64,000 nucleotides of DNA from the human T2T-CHM13v2.0 reference genome, Homo sapiens (GCF_009914755.1 NC_060937.1), one strand, 5' to 3'; positions 1-14,335 are shown, counted from the first letter of the stretch. A program made the numbers and translations. The notes: generated from the letters alone by a model not told the origin.

Positions 1-99
1 GCACTCAAATAGTTTTCTTTTTCAGGATAGCTAATTTCTCCCTGCTTTGCAGTCTCTTTCTTGCCTGGTCTTGGATGAAATCCTAGGCTAGTCCTAAAG

Positions 100-945
100 C
101 TTTTCTAGGTACCTTACATTTTATTTTATTTATGTTAGCCCAATCTCCCAACAAAATTGTTCTCAACCAGATTAAAGCTTCCCTTTTCCCCCAAGCTAAA
201 CCTGGCTTAGAATGGGAACACTCCGGTGGGGAAAGGGTTTACACTACCCTTCTTTGTGATTTCCTCAGGCAGCTCTTCTCACTGTGCAAACTCTTGCCCC
301 TCCTCTGTTGGAGAGGTGGAGAGGGAGGAGAGGTAAGGTTCAGAAAGCTCTTGAATTTCCAGTTGGAATCTGACACTCATGCCTTCTAGGAGTGTCAGAT
401 GCTCAATCGTTCCCTTGTCTGGCTGGGTACAGGGCAATCTGAGGGCTCTTCAGTAATCCCTAGTGGGAATCTTCCCCCGCCGCTTTATGATAGGTTGATG
501 TCTCCTATGCTGACTGCCTACAACTCTCCATATGGTTCTGGACTCCTTCAGTCCATCCCTGCGAAGTCTGCATCATTCTTTGAAGCAGTCCTCATGGTCA
601 AAGTCCCTCTGAAATGAGCCAAGTTCCCCACCTTTCTAGTCAGTTGAGATCTGGCCCACAGGAAATATAAGCTTTCTTGCTTTGGCCACACTCTGGGAGG
701 TGTAGGCTACTCTGAGTGCAGCACTGTCTCTAAGCTGTGGAGCCCCAGGCTCCTCCAGTTGGCTTCTTTTAGACTGGTGTCACTATCACCCAGTGTGTAG
801 GTGAAAGAGATAATACAATGCTCTGGCAATAGTCTCTGTAAAGAAATCCTCTTTACCAGCACACCTCCACCAGTTATGTCACCATTTATATCCTGGAAGT
901 AACAATGGTCTATGATATACCAGACTGGATTTCGTGTCACCCCTT
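100..945. mobile_element. Possible ancient LTR-like element, unclassified
   Basis: Block of higher GC than its flanks with LTR-like texture; no family confidently recognised. Confidence 0.25.
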
Positions 946-1190
946 AGCAAATTGTGCATATATGTTTATGCACCACTCTTAAAAATGTGTGAGCAGTTAA
1001 CAAACACCAATTATCTTAATTTTAGGGCTTCATCTGACACAAAGGCTAGGATAGGATAACTCCAATTTGAACATCCCGTTTCATTGGCATATAAAAATCT
1101 ACTAGGGGAAAAGAAAATCCACCAGGATTCTCTCAGCAAAACTTAGACAGGAGTATAGATATCAATTATGTTCTTTGCATATACAGTAAT

Positions 1191-1562
1191 TGACACAGTT
1201 TGGATGTTTGTACCCTCCAAATCTCATTTAGAGATGCAATTCCCAGTGTTGGAGGTGAGGCCTGGTGGGAGGTGTTTGGGTTATGGGGGCAGATCCCTCA
1301 TGAATGGCTTGATGCCCTCCCCATAGTAATGAGTTCACCTAAGATCTGATTATTTAAAAAGGAGCCTGGCACATCTCTTTCTCTCTCTTGCTCCCTCTTT
1401 CACTATGTGAAGTGCCTGCTCCCCTTTGCCTTCTGCCGTGAGTAAAAACTTCCTGAGGCCTGGCAAAAACCAAGCAGATGCAGGCGCTATGCATCTTGAT
1501 AATCCTTTGTAAAGTATCCAGCCTCATGTATTCATTTACAGCAATGCAAACAGAGTAACACA
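1191..1562 (+). mobile_element. ERVL-MaLR solo LTR, MSTB-like
   Basis: Starts TGACACAGTTTGGATGTTTGTACCCTCCAAATCTCAT and ends ...GTAACACA; perfect 5-bp TSD GTAAT at 1186-1190 and 1563-1567. Confidence 0.9.
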
Positions 1563-3933
1563 GTAATTTAATGAATTGAGTTTCTATTTTTAAAACACTG
1601 TTTTTGTATTATTTTTCATTTCTTGTACTTTCTGTTGAATTATAAGTTCTTTGTGGGCATGCTGAAGAGATATAATCAATGAAAGAGTTGGAGAAGGTAG
1701 TTTACATGGTAAGAACCTTTCCCTATGGCACCTTCTCAATTCTAATGCCACACTTGCAGAGTCAGTAGGGTAAGGTCTCTTTCCTGGTTTCAATTTTCCT
1801 TAGCTCTATTTTCTAATGTCTAGAAGTATGAAGAATACTTCTATGAACACGTAATATCTCTTTTAAATTGATATTCTTTAAAAGATTTATAGTAAAAATA
1901 CCAGTGTAAACTAAAGACTTCACAGGCTCCTTTTAAAACCAAAACCTCAAAGTTTAATTGTTAGCTATAAAAAAATGACTTCAATCTCTTTTCATTTGCA
2001 TTATAAAACTTGAACTTAATAAACCACCAGTGGTATAAATACATTAGAAGCTAGGTTGCCAATTAACATCTTTTTGGCTGTGCAGAGATAACCAAGCATA
2101 AAAAAAGTTAAACAAATTTGACTTTAATGTAATTATGTTGGAGACTAATTTAATCAGATATTTATCAGATTTCCCCATGGATCCTCTGAAGCAGCAGCAT
2201 TAATATTGTTTTCCTAAATATTCAGCACAGCCAACCCTTCCATGGAAATTAGCAAAGGGGTGGGGGTGGCTCTTGCAAAGCATTTGAACTTCATTTCTCC
2301 TGCATATTCTCACCCTCTGCAAGCATAAACCCTTTTCTGGCAATGGTGCTATTTGAATTAAGTGCACAGGCTGTTGATGCCACGTTGACCAGCTAGTGTT
2401 GAGAATACACTACAATAATTGCCTGTCTGATCATTCAGAGAATCCCCTAATGATCCTAGTGAGATTAGGAAAATGGGAATGTAATGGCAGGTGTGTCCAA
2501 GGGTGTCAGAAATATGTCATCAAGTTAAGAAGAACCCTTAGCAATACAGGTGGAAAGCTTTGCTTCAATTGTTCTCCCATTTACATTGCCTTTTCAGCCC
2601 ATTAGTGTGGTTCCGAATAGTTTTCCTAACTTAAAAATGTGAACAAGATTGCTTAAACCATACAAATTTCTGATCACTTTGTTTCTTAGCATCTCATGTG
2701 TTAGCACTCACACAGAGAGGACAAGTTTACAATGAAAGAGAGGGAAATAGAAGAAAATCTTGACACTTTGACTAAACAATTTATGTCATGGTGCTGATTT
2801 TCACCTACTATCAAGATCATTCAAGTCTCTGAAATTTAGTGCTAAATCATCATTTGAATAATTTTAACTTCAGCTCCAACTGCTGTGGATTCTAAGCTGT
2901 ATAGAATAGAGCCTTCTGTTGAGCAAGATTTTATTCACTTTTTGAAACATTTCCTAAATATATTATAGATCATCTCATCTTTTTTATTTGCATGAAGATT
3001 TCAGATAAAAACATGACAAATGCTGCTGTTGAGTTTATTGTTACAGTTGCAAATACGCTAAGTTGTTAACGGGGTATGGAGATGAATGACGTTGGCTTCT
3101 CATTCATTCGTGCTGTAATATAAAAGACAAAGCAAGAACTTGCCTTGCCTTTGCCTTTCTAAAAATCAACTGAGGGAAGAAATGTGGGGAGAAAGATGGT
3201 GACTCTGGTAATATCCAGTGGTCACATTTTAAAAATTTGAATATTAGGTGTTAGTCCGCTTTTGCAGATTATTTCAAAACACTTGCTCAGTAAAGAAAAT
3301 GGCTTTTAATGTGCTTGAGCTTCTTAATACAGATCAAGGTGTGCTACTGAGTGGGAAAAACAGGATAGGAAAGTGTAAGAAACATGGATTCAGTGGCTGA
3401 AAATGGCTTCTCAGTTATCTCTCATGATATCATTGGCCATCTCCTGGCCCATAGCCATTGATTACCATTTCATATGCTGCTTGTGAATGCACAGTTATTG
3501 AGAAAATAGTGTGCTATGTGACCAATTCTTACGCTTTTAGGGGAAAAGAGAAACTGTAAATTATTACACAAAGACATAAATATTTTTGTGAGAAACAGAA
3601 ATAGATGAAATAGACTTTAGTACCATTTTTTTCTGGTTTACAAGATGTCTCAATTGTATTTTTTTCTGAATGGTGTTTTGAATATATACTTATTACATCT
3701 GTCTGTTACACAACAGTTCTCAGGAAGTTCAAGAAAATCCTAGGACACCCAAGTTAGGCAACAGTAAAAAAAAAACCAACAGCGTATTTTTCTACTTTCT
3801 CCAAGCCACCTCCTTTGGAAAAAATGTCTTTCTCACTTCCTCTGCCCCTTATTCCCACTTTCCTATGGAATAGCAGCTGTGTTTAGCTTTATGAATTTCA
3901 GTAAGATAAAACAGATGTTGCAGAGACATCTGT

Positions 3934-3961
3934 TAATAATAATAATAATAATAATAATAAT
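3934..3961. repeat. (TAA)n microsatellite
   Basis: About 9 perfect TAA units. Confidence 0.95.
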
Positions 3962-4550
3962 GCAAGGAATAACCTACATAGGATTTCTGTTGTCTACAAT
4001 CAGTTCTAATTTTTTACCATTTATAATTCAAAGATGCCAAGTAAAAATTAAAGGTAAATTCCAAACAAGCTGGGCTGCTTACGTCCTGCCAATGGTAATA
4101 GAAACACTTTTGGTTTCATTGAGAGAAGGTGGATATGAAAGACTAATATACATATATTCTATATCTGTTCATAAAGCAAGTAATTGAGTCAGCAAGTAGG
4201 TAGGTTCATGGATGAACAGAAGACGTTTATATTTAAACCTAACGCTCCTTGAAAGGTGAGCTAAAGATGACGTTGTTGGGGTTTAAGGAGTTGGCCTGCA
4301 AGCAATTCTCCTTCTTGTTAATGAGGTGTAAATGTGTACCTAACTAGCTAACTCCTTGTCCACTGTCTTAAAATAAAGAGCCTTTAGGACAAGCTCAACC
4401 ATTTCTATTTGCAGCTGTGTTACAAAAGAAAGGAAAGAAACTCATATTTTATGAATCCTAGTATGTACCAAGCATTAAATTAACACAGTATCTATTTTAT
4501 GTCACTAAATTGTTACTTAACTCTGTGCAAGAATAAACTGATTTGGAGAG

Positions 4551-4928
4551 GTCTGCTATAACAAAAGAGCTATAACAAAAAGATTGAGTAATTTATAAAT
4601 AATAGAAATTTATTTCTAACAGTTCTGAAGCCTAGGAAGTTCAAGATCCAGGTGTCGACCAATTCCATGTCTAGGGAAGGCTCACTTTCTGCTTCATAGA
4701 TGGTACTTCTTGCCGTGTCCTCACTCACACTGCAGAAAAGGCAAATGCTGTGCTCTCACGTTGGGGGAAGGGCAAACAGCTCCCTTGTACCTCTTTTATA
4801 AGGTCACTGATCCCATTCATGCCCTCAGGACTTAATCATCTATTGAAAGGTCCCACCTCTTAATATTATCACATTGGTGATTAAGTTTCAACATGTGAAT
4901 TTTGGGAAGGGACATTCAGACCACAGCA
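4551..4928 (-). mobile_element. ERVL-MaLR LTR, MLT1A/MSTC-D-like
   Basis: Ends ...GACATTCAGACCACAGCA (reverse complement of the TGCTATGGTCTGAATGT-type start); typical reverse-strand motifs gctataacaaaa and aatttatttctaacagttctgaag. Confidence 0.85.
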
Positions 4929-5742
4929 GAGGGTTTCAGAAACCTGCCCCATTAACTGGCAAAAAGCCAGGTTAACTAATTCCTAATCTTCCTCCCCACT
5001 TTATTGGAGGAGCGGTTGTACCATAATACCTTTCAAAGAATCGCCATATAGAAGATCTGCCATAGCTTGTTATTTGCAAGTTATATTCAGGAATGTCTGC
5101 ATTAATCCAGGCTGGCATATTTTTTATTATTTCTATGTAGATTTGAGGGGTTCAGATATTTATGGAAATACTCCAATGTTCCATGTTAGCTTTTTTTTTA
5201 AAGAAATAGTAATTACATTCATGCGTTTTGCTGTTTTACTTTACTATTCATATACTTTTCTGAAAACCTTGAAATACACAAATTCATTCAAAAAAGTATT
5301 TTAAAGGACTTGGCATACACAGAAATTGTAAAACTTGTCCTATATGTGGTTATATTTAGGTTTGACATGATTATATTCTGAGAAATCTAAAATGAATTCA
5401 AATAATTTCCCAACCCAGCATTTTTCTGAGCTTATACATTTTCCAAATATATAAAAGATGATGCTACATATCTAGGATAACTTATAGTACCAATATACTA
5501 CTATATGTTTATAGTAATGAATGCACGAGCTTACATTAAGAAAATTCTTATCTTACATACAAATCAGAAAACTAGGAGTCAGACTGATCCAACATACTCA
5601 CAGCTGTAAAGTACATATGTTTTGGCTTATGAGCCTCTCATCAAATGTTTCTCAGTCCAGATGCTCAGTGACTGCAACATTCTTTTATACTCTGCATCCA
5701 CTGAGAACTACTGCCCACCAGAAACAGAGAGGGTCTAGGTAG

Positions 5743-6132
<390 letters not shown>

Positions 6133-6561
6133 ACCAGTCAGTACTTATTAAAAAGTTCATTTTCATTTGAAAAAAGGAAAATGTCTTCAATACCTTATAA
6201 ATTGATAACTATTAATTCAGTCTAAATTTCTACATAATGCATGGGAGCATATCAACATATACTTCATATTCATATTAGAAGAATAATATCTTATATAGTT
6301 ATAGGTTAACAAGTTCACTTTCTTCCAGAAAATAGATGGAAATGACCTATAGAACTCATCTGTCCTTTCTTTCTTACTTGAAGAGAGATCATGGTTTAAA
6401 ATCTCTACACTCTGCTTTGATTTGTTTCTCCCACTGTGGCTCCCTTGCTTCGAAACTGCTTTTGAATTTCCACTCCCAACACCATCCTCCACTTCTTGAG
6501 GTCTTAACAATTATTTGGGGCCCAGTTTAAAGCCAACTTCTCATTACAACCACCCCAAATC

Positions 6562-6867
<306 letters not shown>

Positions 6868-8534
6868 CCCAAATCTTAGCCCTGCAAAAAAACACACAAA
6901 TACTGTTCTTCCCTCCCATAGCATTTTTACACTAATCTTATAGAATTTACCATTTTGCCTCATTTTATAGTCCTTTTTGTGCAAATTTATCTCCTTCACT
7001 AGAATCAAGTTTCTTGGGGATGGGATTTTGACTGGTCCATCATTCTATTCCCATGTATAGTACATTTGCATGAAGAGTATGTCATACATAGCATTTAAGT
7101 TGTTTTGTTGTTTTGCTTTGTTTTAAAAAATTAAGCCCAACCAGAATATGGACAACCATGCAAGAGGTTTCCACAATAATTACCAGGAAATCAGAGCCTC
7201 TATTTCCCACTGCAGCCACAGCTTTTCCTTTCTTTTTCTAATCCTCCACCTGCACAGTGAACAGTGGTCACCACAGGTTCTCACCTCATCACAACTAACT
7301 GAATCTTTGCTGGATTTCATGGAACAAATGGTTAAGAGACATCCTGTGCAAAGGTGGGGAAACTCATGATTTTACTTGATATGAGGATAAGGAGAGAGGG
7401 GTCACAGCAAATTTATTAGTAGAAACAGGGTCTACTGGCACATCAGAAAGGCTTGTGTGAAGGAGGTGTCACAAAAACCCTGTAGTAATATAAGAGACTT
7501 TAACTTCTATAGTCCATCTTTGGTTTGAACAAACTCTCTAGGATTTAGTTGTAAATATCCCTTCTATTATTCTCTGACTTGATATACTTCATTCTATTGT
7601 CAATATGTGGGAAATAAAAACAATCCACTTCAGTAATATCTTCCTTAAGCAATGTATGAAAAATGCGTTAAGCATGTTAGGTGCTTGAGGCACTTATTTA
7701 AAGGTTGGTGAAGTCTGAGTAAACTGTAGTGAATGTAGAACATTCACTTAGGTTCTGGCTCGCTGGAGTTATCTCATAAATACACTGTGGATATTTAATG
7801 AATAACTGAAGTTAACCATACTTTCAAAATGAAAACATAAAAAATAATCTGTCTGTAATTTTTGTTTAGTTCTAGAAACTACGTATGTCCATTTAAACTC
7901 TTCTTCCGGAATAACTATCCAGAGTTCTAAAAGTTATATATATTCCCAACCACTTGACAAAAATAAATGTGGGGATTTCTCAACTTCTAAGTTAAAACTA
8001 TTGTAAGCAAAGGATTTATTTTAAATATTTATCCACCCTATTAAAGTTTTTGCACCAAAATCAATTCAGATAAAATCATGATTTTTACCAGGTTTAATTA
8101 AAGTCATGGTCTTATATGTGATGTATGGGTCATTTCCAGTTTGCAAATTCGCTTGTTTCTGGAATGAATATTAGGGCGAGACGGAGTCATCCTAAACATA
8201 ATGGCTGTAAGTAAACTCCTTCTTTATAAGTAAATCATTAGACTAAGTTAATATCTTGTCCCTGTAAGTTCTAAATAGTATCTTTGAAAATCGGATACTA
8301 TTTCCTTGGCCTCTATGTTAATGATATGTAGTTCATTTTGGCTGGCTGAGAGCTGTAGGGTCCATTTGAGATATGCCTCCAAGGTAAGAATTTCAACAGT
8401 ATTTGTATCTTTTTCTCTAGCCTTATGCAGTTGTGGAGGCAGAATGGAGGGGGAAGAATAGAGAGGGTGAACAGTTATATTTAACCAGAGATAGAGATTT
8501 CTACAGGTATATTTTTTTCTGAAATTCTAGTACG

Positions 8535-9263
8535 TTCAATTCAACTTACATATATTGAGCACCTGTTACGTGCAAGGCTCAGTCTTAAATGCCATGGGGG
8601 AAACATGGGAGTCATCATTAAAGATGGCAATAATCTAGTGATGAAGATGTACATGAATAAGTTCCCTGCCTCTGAAGTGAGATCCGTGCTCAGGAGAGAT
8701 ATACACAAAGTGTGGGGTGGATGAGAGGAACATCCTAGGTAATAACTTTAAGAAAGGGACACTTGTGTTTGACTTTGAAGGGTGGCAAAATTTTGACAGG
8801 CAGACCTGGGAGGAACAGGCTTCTTCACAGATGGAAAAGTGGGGGAAAATGCTTAGAAACATAACAGTACATGTTGGGTTGTGTAAGGAAAGAGGTATGG
8901 TAGGCCAAAAAATTGAATTTATGGAGTTATGGAGAGGGTATAACCATAAAACAGTAGTGTTTGAATTGCGTACTGTGGGAAATGGAAGGAAAACGGGTGG
9001 GAAGGAGTAATGTTCTTTTGTTTTGATTTTCCACATAAATCTTTTATGTAATAAGATTAAGAATAAATAAACATGTTTTAGAAGGGTTATTCTAACAACA
9101 ATAAATCTTATAGTTTAGTAATAGAGACTTGGAAGTAGAGCGACCAGTTAGGATGCCATTTCAGTTTTCTAAGTGAGAGCCTTAAGGTGACAGCAATGAG
9201 AATTCAAAGGAGGAAATCAATATGAAAGACACTGTGAGGACAGAATTAAGAGCACCTAGCCAC
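8535..9263 (-). mobile_element. LINE L2 3' fragment
   Basis: ttcaattcaacttacatatattgagcacct is the reverse complement of the L2 3' end; gaccagttaggatgccatttcagt matches the L2 body. Confidence 0.7.
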
Positions 9264-9639
9264 AGATATGGTTTGGCTGTGTCCCCACCCAAATCCCACC
9301 TTGAATTTTAGCTCCCATAATCCCTATGTGTCATGGGAGAGACCTGGTGGGAGGTACTTAAGTCATGGGGGCAGGTTTCCTATGCTGTTCTCATGATAGT
9401 GAATAAGTCTCATGAGATCTGATGGTTTTATAACCATCAGGTAATCTGTTACCCTGCACATGTTCTCTTGCCTGCTGCCATGTGAAGAAGGACATGTTTG
9501 CTTCTCCTTCCACCATGACTGTAAGTTTCCTGAGTCCTCCCCAGTGATGTGGAACTGTGAGTCAATTAAATCTCTTTCCTTTATGAATTACCTAGTCTCG
9601 GGTACATCTTTATTAGCAACATGAGACTGGACTAATACA
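9264..9639 (+). mobile_element. ERVL-MaLR solo LTR, THE1C-like
   Basis: aGATATGGTTTGGCTGTGTCCCCACCCAAATC...GGACTAATACA; TSD GCCAC at 9259-9263 and 9640-9644; inserted in L2. Confidence 0.92.
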
Positions 9640-10084
9640 GCCACCAAATGAGCATGAAGACTGGGAGGGAGAGAGTAAGGAGACCCAGATGTTTCTGAGG
9701 GGGAAGTTTCTGAAGAGAATTCCAAGATGAGGACTTAAGAGAATTGCACGCATAGGGGCTATGATTGTCAGAATTTGCCACCTCTGGGCTGGCACTTGGG
9801 ACTGGAGTGGGAAAGGAAGATTGACATTTGAGGCAATGACATTGTAAAAAACTAGGGGATTACGCAGAAAGTCTGGGTACAAAATTGAAGTGCAGAGTGC
9901 TAAGGTGCCAGATGAAAGTGCCAAATTCAGAGTATGAAGTCAGAAATCTAGGTCCCAGGAGAAAGAGCAAGTATGCATGAGCCAAGAACAGGAGGGCAGC
10001 GGTTCTGGGAATGTTGCCACTGACTCCCAACTGGCCAGGGTGAACATGGCCGGGCTTAAAGAACCAAAATAGGAGAATAACTTT

Positions 10085-10320
10085 TGCATCTTATGAGGGA
10101 GCTTGAGGTGCACATATAGACAAACTGCTTGAAACTGGATTTGGAATTCAGGGGAAAGAAGGACACTAAAAGTGGAGACAGTCTGAATTCATCTTCATAA
10201 AGGTGGAATTAATGGCATGAGAAAGATTATGTCACTGAAAGGAAAAATGTAGAAAGGGAAAATGATCTATGTTGCATATTGGTGAAATGGGTTCCAGTAA
10301 AAGTGGAGTAGAGAAAGAGT
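10085..10320 (-). mobile_element. LINE L2 fragment (continuation)
   Basis: Purine-rich L2-like motifs such as ggatttggaattcaggggaaag. Confidence 0.5.
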
Positions 10321-10532
10321 ACCAGGCTGGTGGGTATACATTTTTCAGTCAAAAAACACCATTTTTGTAAAAAATAAAAACAAAAAAATTACTTTTCCAT
10401 ACTTAATAGATGTCTCAAACTTCCATTTTTTTCTGAAACCTTACTCTGGCTAACACATTCCAGTTTTTTTTCAGTCATTTCATGTTTAATATTCAGTTAA
10501 TTCATCTTTCTCCCTGCTTATGCCAGACCCTG

Positions 10533-10878
10533 TGATATGGTTTGGCTGTGTCCCCACCCAAATCTTGTCTTGAATTGTAACTCCCATAATTCCCACGTGT
10601 TGTGAGAGGGACCCGGTGGCGGATAATTGAATCATGGGAGCAGTTTCCCCCATACTGTTCTCATGTTAGTGAACAAGTCTCATGAGATCTGATCTGCTTT
10701 CATTTGGCTCTCATTCTGAGACATTATTCTGCTGACATATAAGATATGCATTTCACCTTCCACCATGATTGTGAGGCCTCCCCAGCCATGTGGAACTGAG
10801 TCCATTAAACCTTTTTTTCTTATAAATTGCCCAGTCTCAGGTATGTCTTTATCAGCACCATAAAAATGGACTAATACA
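10533..10878 (+). mobile_element. ERVL-MaLR solo LTR, THE1B/THE1A-like
   Basis: TGATATGGTTTGGCTGTGTCCCCACCCAAATC...GGACTAATACA; TSD CCCTG at 10528-10532 and 10879-10883. Confidence 0.93.
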
Positions 10879-11619
10879 CCCTGGGAGCCATCTTAGTCCC
10901 TGAAGGCTCACATGGTGCCATGGCATTAGTGGGGAGGGAGCTTTTAGTGCTTGGTTGTCAGAGTGGGCCGAGCTGTACCTCTTACTCCCTGATTCTTGTG
11001 CACCTCAGGTAGGGTTTACCCATCTGCCGATGTAGGATATGGTGGACTTTCATTCTTTATGGGATGTCTGAACTCCTTTTACCTGGTAGTAGTGACCAGC
11101 ATATCACTACTACCTCTTCCAACCCTCTTTCAACTAACTTCTTCTGTCTTCTAGAAAGCAGATATCTCTAGTGTTGAGGGATAATCTTTGAGGTTGCCTT
11201 AGGCTCCCTCTGAGAAACAACACTCAAAACAGCCACTTATATTCTTGCCATATTTGCACAGCAAACTTATTTAGGCTACAGACATATAGGTATCAGACAA
11301 GAAGAACAGAAATCTATGCTACTCAAGAATTGTCCCATGCTTCTCTGAGGATGCCCATTTGCTTACCAATTACTGTAACAGTTGCTCATATAAACTACTA
11401 ACTGGAATCGAAGATGGTGAAGAGTGTGAATAAATTTTGAAAGACTTTCACTGACCAAAACTTTTAATTGAATGCGACTTAAAATGGACATATATTTATA
11501 GAAGCTCTCATTCTGAGCATTGGAATATGATGGACTTCAAATCCTTCAATCAACTTTATGCATAAAAAGCGAATTTGTTTAGTCAGTTGATGAAAGCCGT
11601 GAGTTTCATGATGTCTTAT

Positions 11620-12075
11620 TTTTAGACCCTGATGTGTGTGCCTGGAGCCCGCTGTGAGAATTCCTCAAATCTTACGTGGCAGCAGGAGTTTTGGGGTTGC
11701 CCAGCTGCATAGGGGTTTTAGCTGTTCCTTAGATAAACTTTCAGAAAATCATCCTGTTTTCAATCCTACCCAACAGGTGCTTCCAATTTCTGCTTGTTTC
11801 TAGGATCCTGGGATGAAAATTGGCTTTCACTGTAGGAAGTTACGCTTCAATATTGCTGCTCTGATAATAGTTGCCATTTAACTATTTGCTTTCATCTTTC
11901 AAAATGTGTTAACTCTTCTCGTCCATTTTCATCTCTTCTCCTTTTATCACTGCTCTTGTTATAAAAATTTTATATCTTTAAATCTTCTTTATTCTTTTAA
12001 TTTTATAATAGTGGAATTTCAGGATGTAGCAGAGAAAAACAAATATATCTTATCTAACATATTCCACTGAATTCC
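11620..12075 (-). mobile_element. Possible ancient L1M/HAL1-type 5' end
   Basis: T-rich run ending gtggaatttcaggatgtagcagag...ttccactgaattcc, resembling reverse-complemented old L1 5' ends. Confidence 0.3.
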
Positions 12076-12206
12076 TTCTATAGCATTTCTAAGTCCCTGA
12101 GAAACTATGATGCTGAGTTAAGTATGATTCAAGGTCATTAAAGCCATTTAATACTGTAGCTAATGAGCAAAATGTAAGATAGACATTGGGCTCAATAAAG
12201 GCAAAC

Positions 12207-12392
12207 AATCATAGCTATCATTTATTGAGCCAGACTCTGTTTTAATCTCTTTATATTTTAAATAATTTAATCCTCACATCCATATAAGGTATGTTCTATT
12301 TTAAAGATGAAGAAATTGAGACAGAGAGGTTCAGTAAATTAGAGATTTCATAGCCTCTAAATGGTAGAGGTGGAATTCAACCCCAAGCTGCT
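12207..12392 (-). mobile_element. MIR SINE
   Basis: atagctatcatttattgagc...tttaatcctcac...attttaaagatgaagaaattgagacagagagg (MIR core). Confidence 0.8.
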
Positions 12393-12822
12393 GTATATCT
12401 GAAATAGAAACATACTAGTATCTTCTTTGGGGACAGGGATTTGGGGTTAGGATTTGGCCCAAGTAGAAGCCAGATTGTTACCTTTTCTTTCTCCACTTAA
12501 ATTCTACCTCTATTTTTAAGCCGCTATTATGCAAGGCCACTATATAGTCCATTAAGCCTAGGCTACAAGATTGTAGAACTCCAGGAAAGACATTCAGAGT
12601 AGTCTCGGCTTATCTCTCTTAATCATGGATTAGTAGAAAGAGACCTGCCTTGGAAGCGATGATCTTGTATGGGGTAAATCACTACACCATTCCGGGAGTT
12701 GGTGTTCCTATCTGTGAATTGAGGAAATTATATTAAATGATAATATTAACAGTTCAGATTTATTAAGCTCTGTTTTATGCTAAGAACTTAATACATACAT
12801 ATGTGTTTTTATCATTTAATTG

Positions 12823-12880
12823 TTTTTTAGCTTGGAGATGACAAGCTAAGTTTTTCAGCTTGGAGATGACAAGCTAAGTT
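12823..12880. repeat. 28-bp tandem duplication
   Basis: ttttttagcttggagatgacaagctaag followed by tttttcagcttggagatgacaagctaag (1 mismatch). Confidence 0.95.
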
Positions 12881-13242
12881 GATAAGTAAACAAGTATCAA
12901 CTTGTTTCATCACTGTCTTTTTTAGGACACAGATCCCAATTTCCTAAGTTCAAAGCCATCTTTATTCTTTTAAGGACCTGTACGTCTTTCATATTTGTAT
13001 TCTAACAATGTTTCCAAGTTCAATTTTATCTCAATTTTATTAAGTCCTCCCTATTTTATTTATCCAGACCATACTGATAACTCTCCTTTCTTAATTAAAG
13101 CATATATACAAGATGCAATGTATCAGTGATTAAATACAGGGTTATATTCATCTTCTTTTGTATGTTTGCTTTGTTTCAACAAAGAAAGTATAGGCTTGTG
13201 GAAAATAAATACAATATGTTGGTCTTACTTTGAAAAAGTCTG

Positions 13243-13792
13243 TGTGATGGTTAATTGTATGTGTCAACCTGACTGGGCCAAGGGTTGCCCAGATTAAACA
13301 TTTCTGGGTGTCTGTGAGAGTGTTTCTGGATGAGCTGAGTATTTGAATTAGTGGACTCAGAGAAGTAGATTGCCCTTGCCAATGTTTTGGGGTATCAATT
13401 AATCCAATGAGGACTTGAATTAAAAAGGTGAAAGAAGAAGAAATTTGACCACACCACCTCCTTTTCTTTCCCTGCTTCATTGCTTCTTGAGCTGGGACAT
13501 CTCTCAAACTGAGAGATGGGACATAGCCCAGACTAGGATTTACACCTCAGATCCCCTGGCTCTCAGATCTTTAGATTCAGACTGAATGAAGCCGCCAGCT
13601 TTCCTGGATTTCTGGCTGGACTGTGGGACATCTCAGCCTCCATAATCATGTGAGTCAACTCATAATAAATTTATTGGTATATATGTATGTGTGTGTGTAT
13701 ATCTATTGGAGTGTGTGTGTGTGTGTGTGTGCATATAGATACACACATATATCCTGTTTGCTCTGTTTCTTTGGAGAACCCTGACTAGTAAA
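13243..13792 (+). mobile_element. ERVL solo LTR, MLT2 family (MLT2C/D-like), with internal (TG)n
   Basis: TGTGATGGTTAATTGTATGTGTCAACCTGACTGGGCC...TCTGTTTCTTTGGAGAACCCTGACTAGTA; near-TSD GTCTG / GTCTC. Confidence 0.9.
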
Positions 13793-14335
13793 GTCTCCTA
13801 TAAAAACTCATGTAGTGCTTGGCGTAAGTTGAATGTTTGTTGAAATGTAGTGATTTACATCTTTGTTTCATTTTCTTTACTGTATTCTCTTGGAATATTT
13901 TTATATGTATTAATGCCATGGTGATACTAAAAACTCATCACATGATTTTTAAAAAATTGGCATAATTCTTGACTCATAGTTGGTGCTTAGTTATATTAGA
14001 TTAGTTGAGTAATTATGAGAACAAAGAGGTTGTATGAGAAAACATCAGAAATATGTTTATTTCTCGAAAGTTTATAGAAGGTAAAAAATATCTCATTGAA
14101 GATTGTATTCCTATAATTATATCAGAAAAAATGTTGGCAAGGATTTGGAGAAATCCTGCTTGAAGAACTCTTCAATTGTACTTCTCTTAACAGCCCTCCC
14201 AACCCAGTATGAAATTATAGTACACTCCAATGGAGCACAAGGTGGTTAACACATCTTGAAAGTAAGTCCATGACAGGAAAATAAACTTTTGTTTATAGCA
14301 CTTTGTAGGTAACTATCTGTTCTATTTCCCTAGAT

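Noticed and set aside
368-400. Hairpin atctgacactc-N11-gagtgtcagat (11-bp stem)
   Set aside because: One stem of this size is not far from chance expectation in 64 kb, and nothing else supports it.
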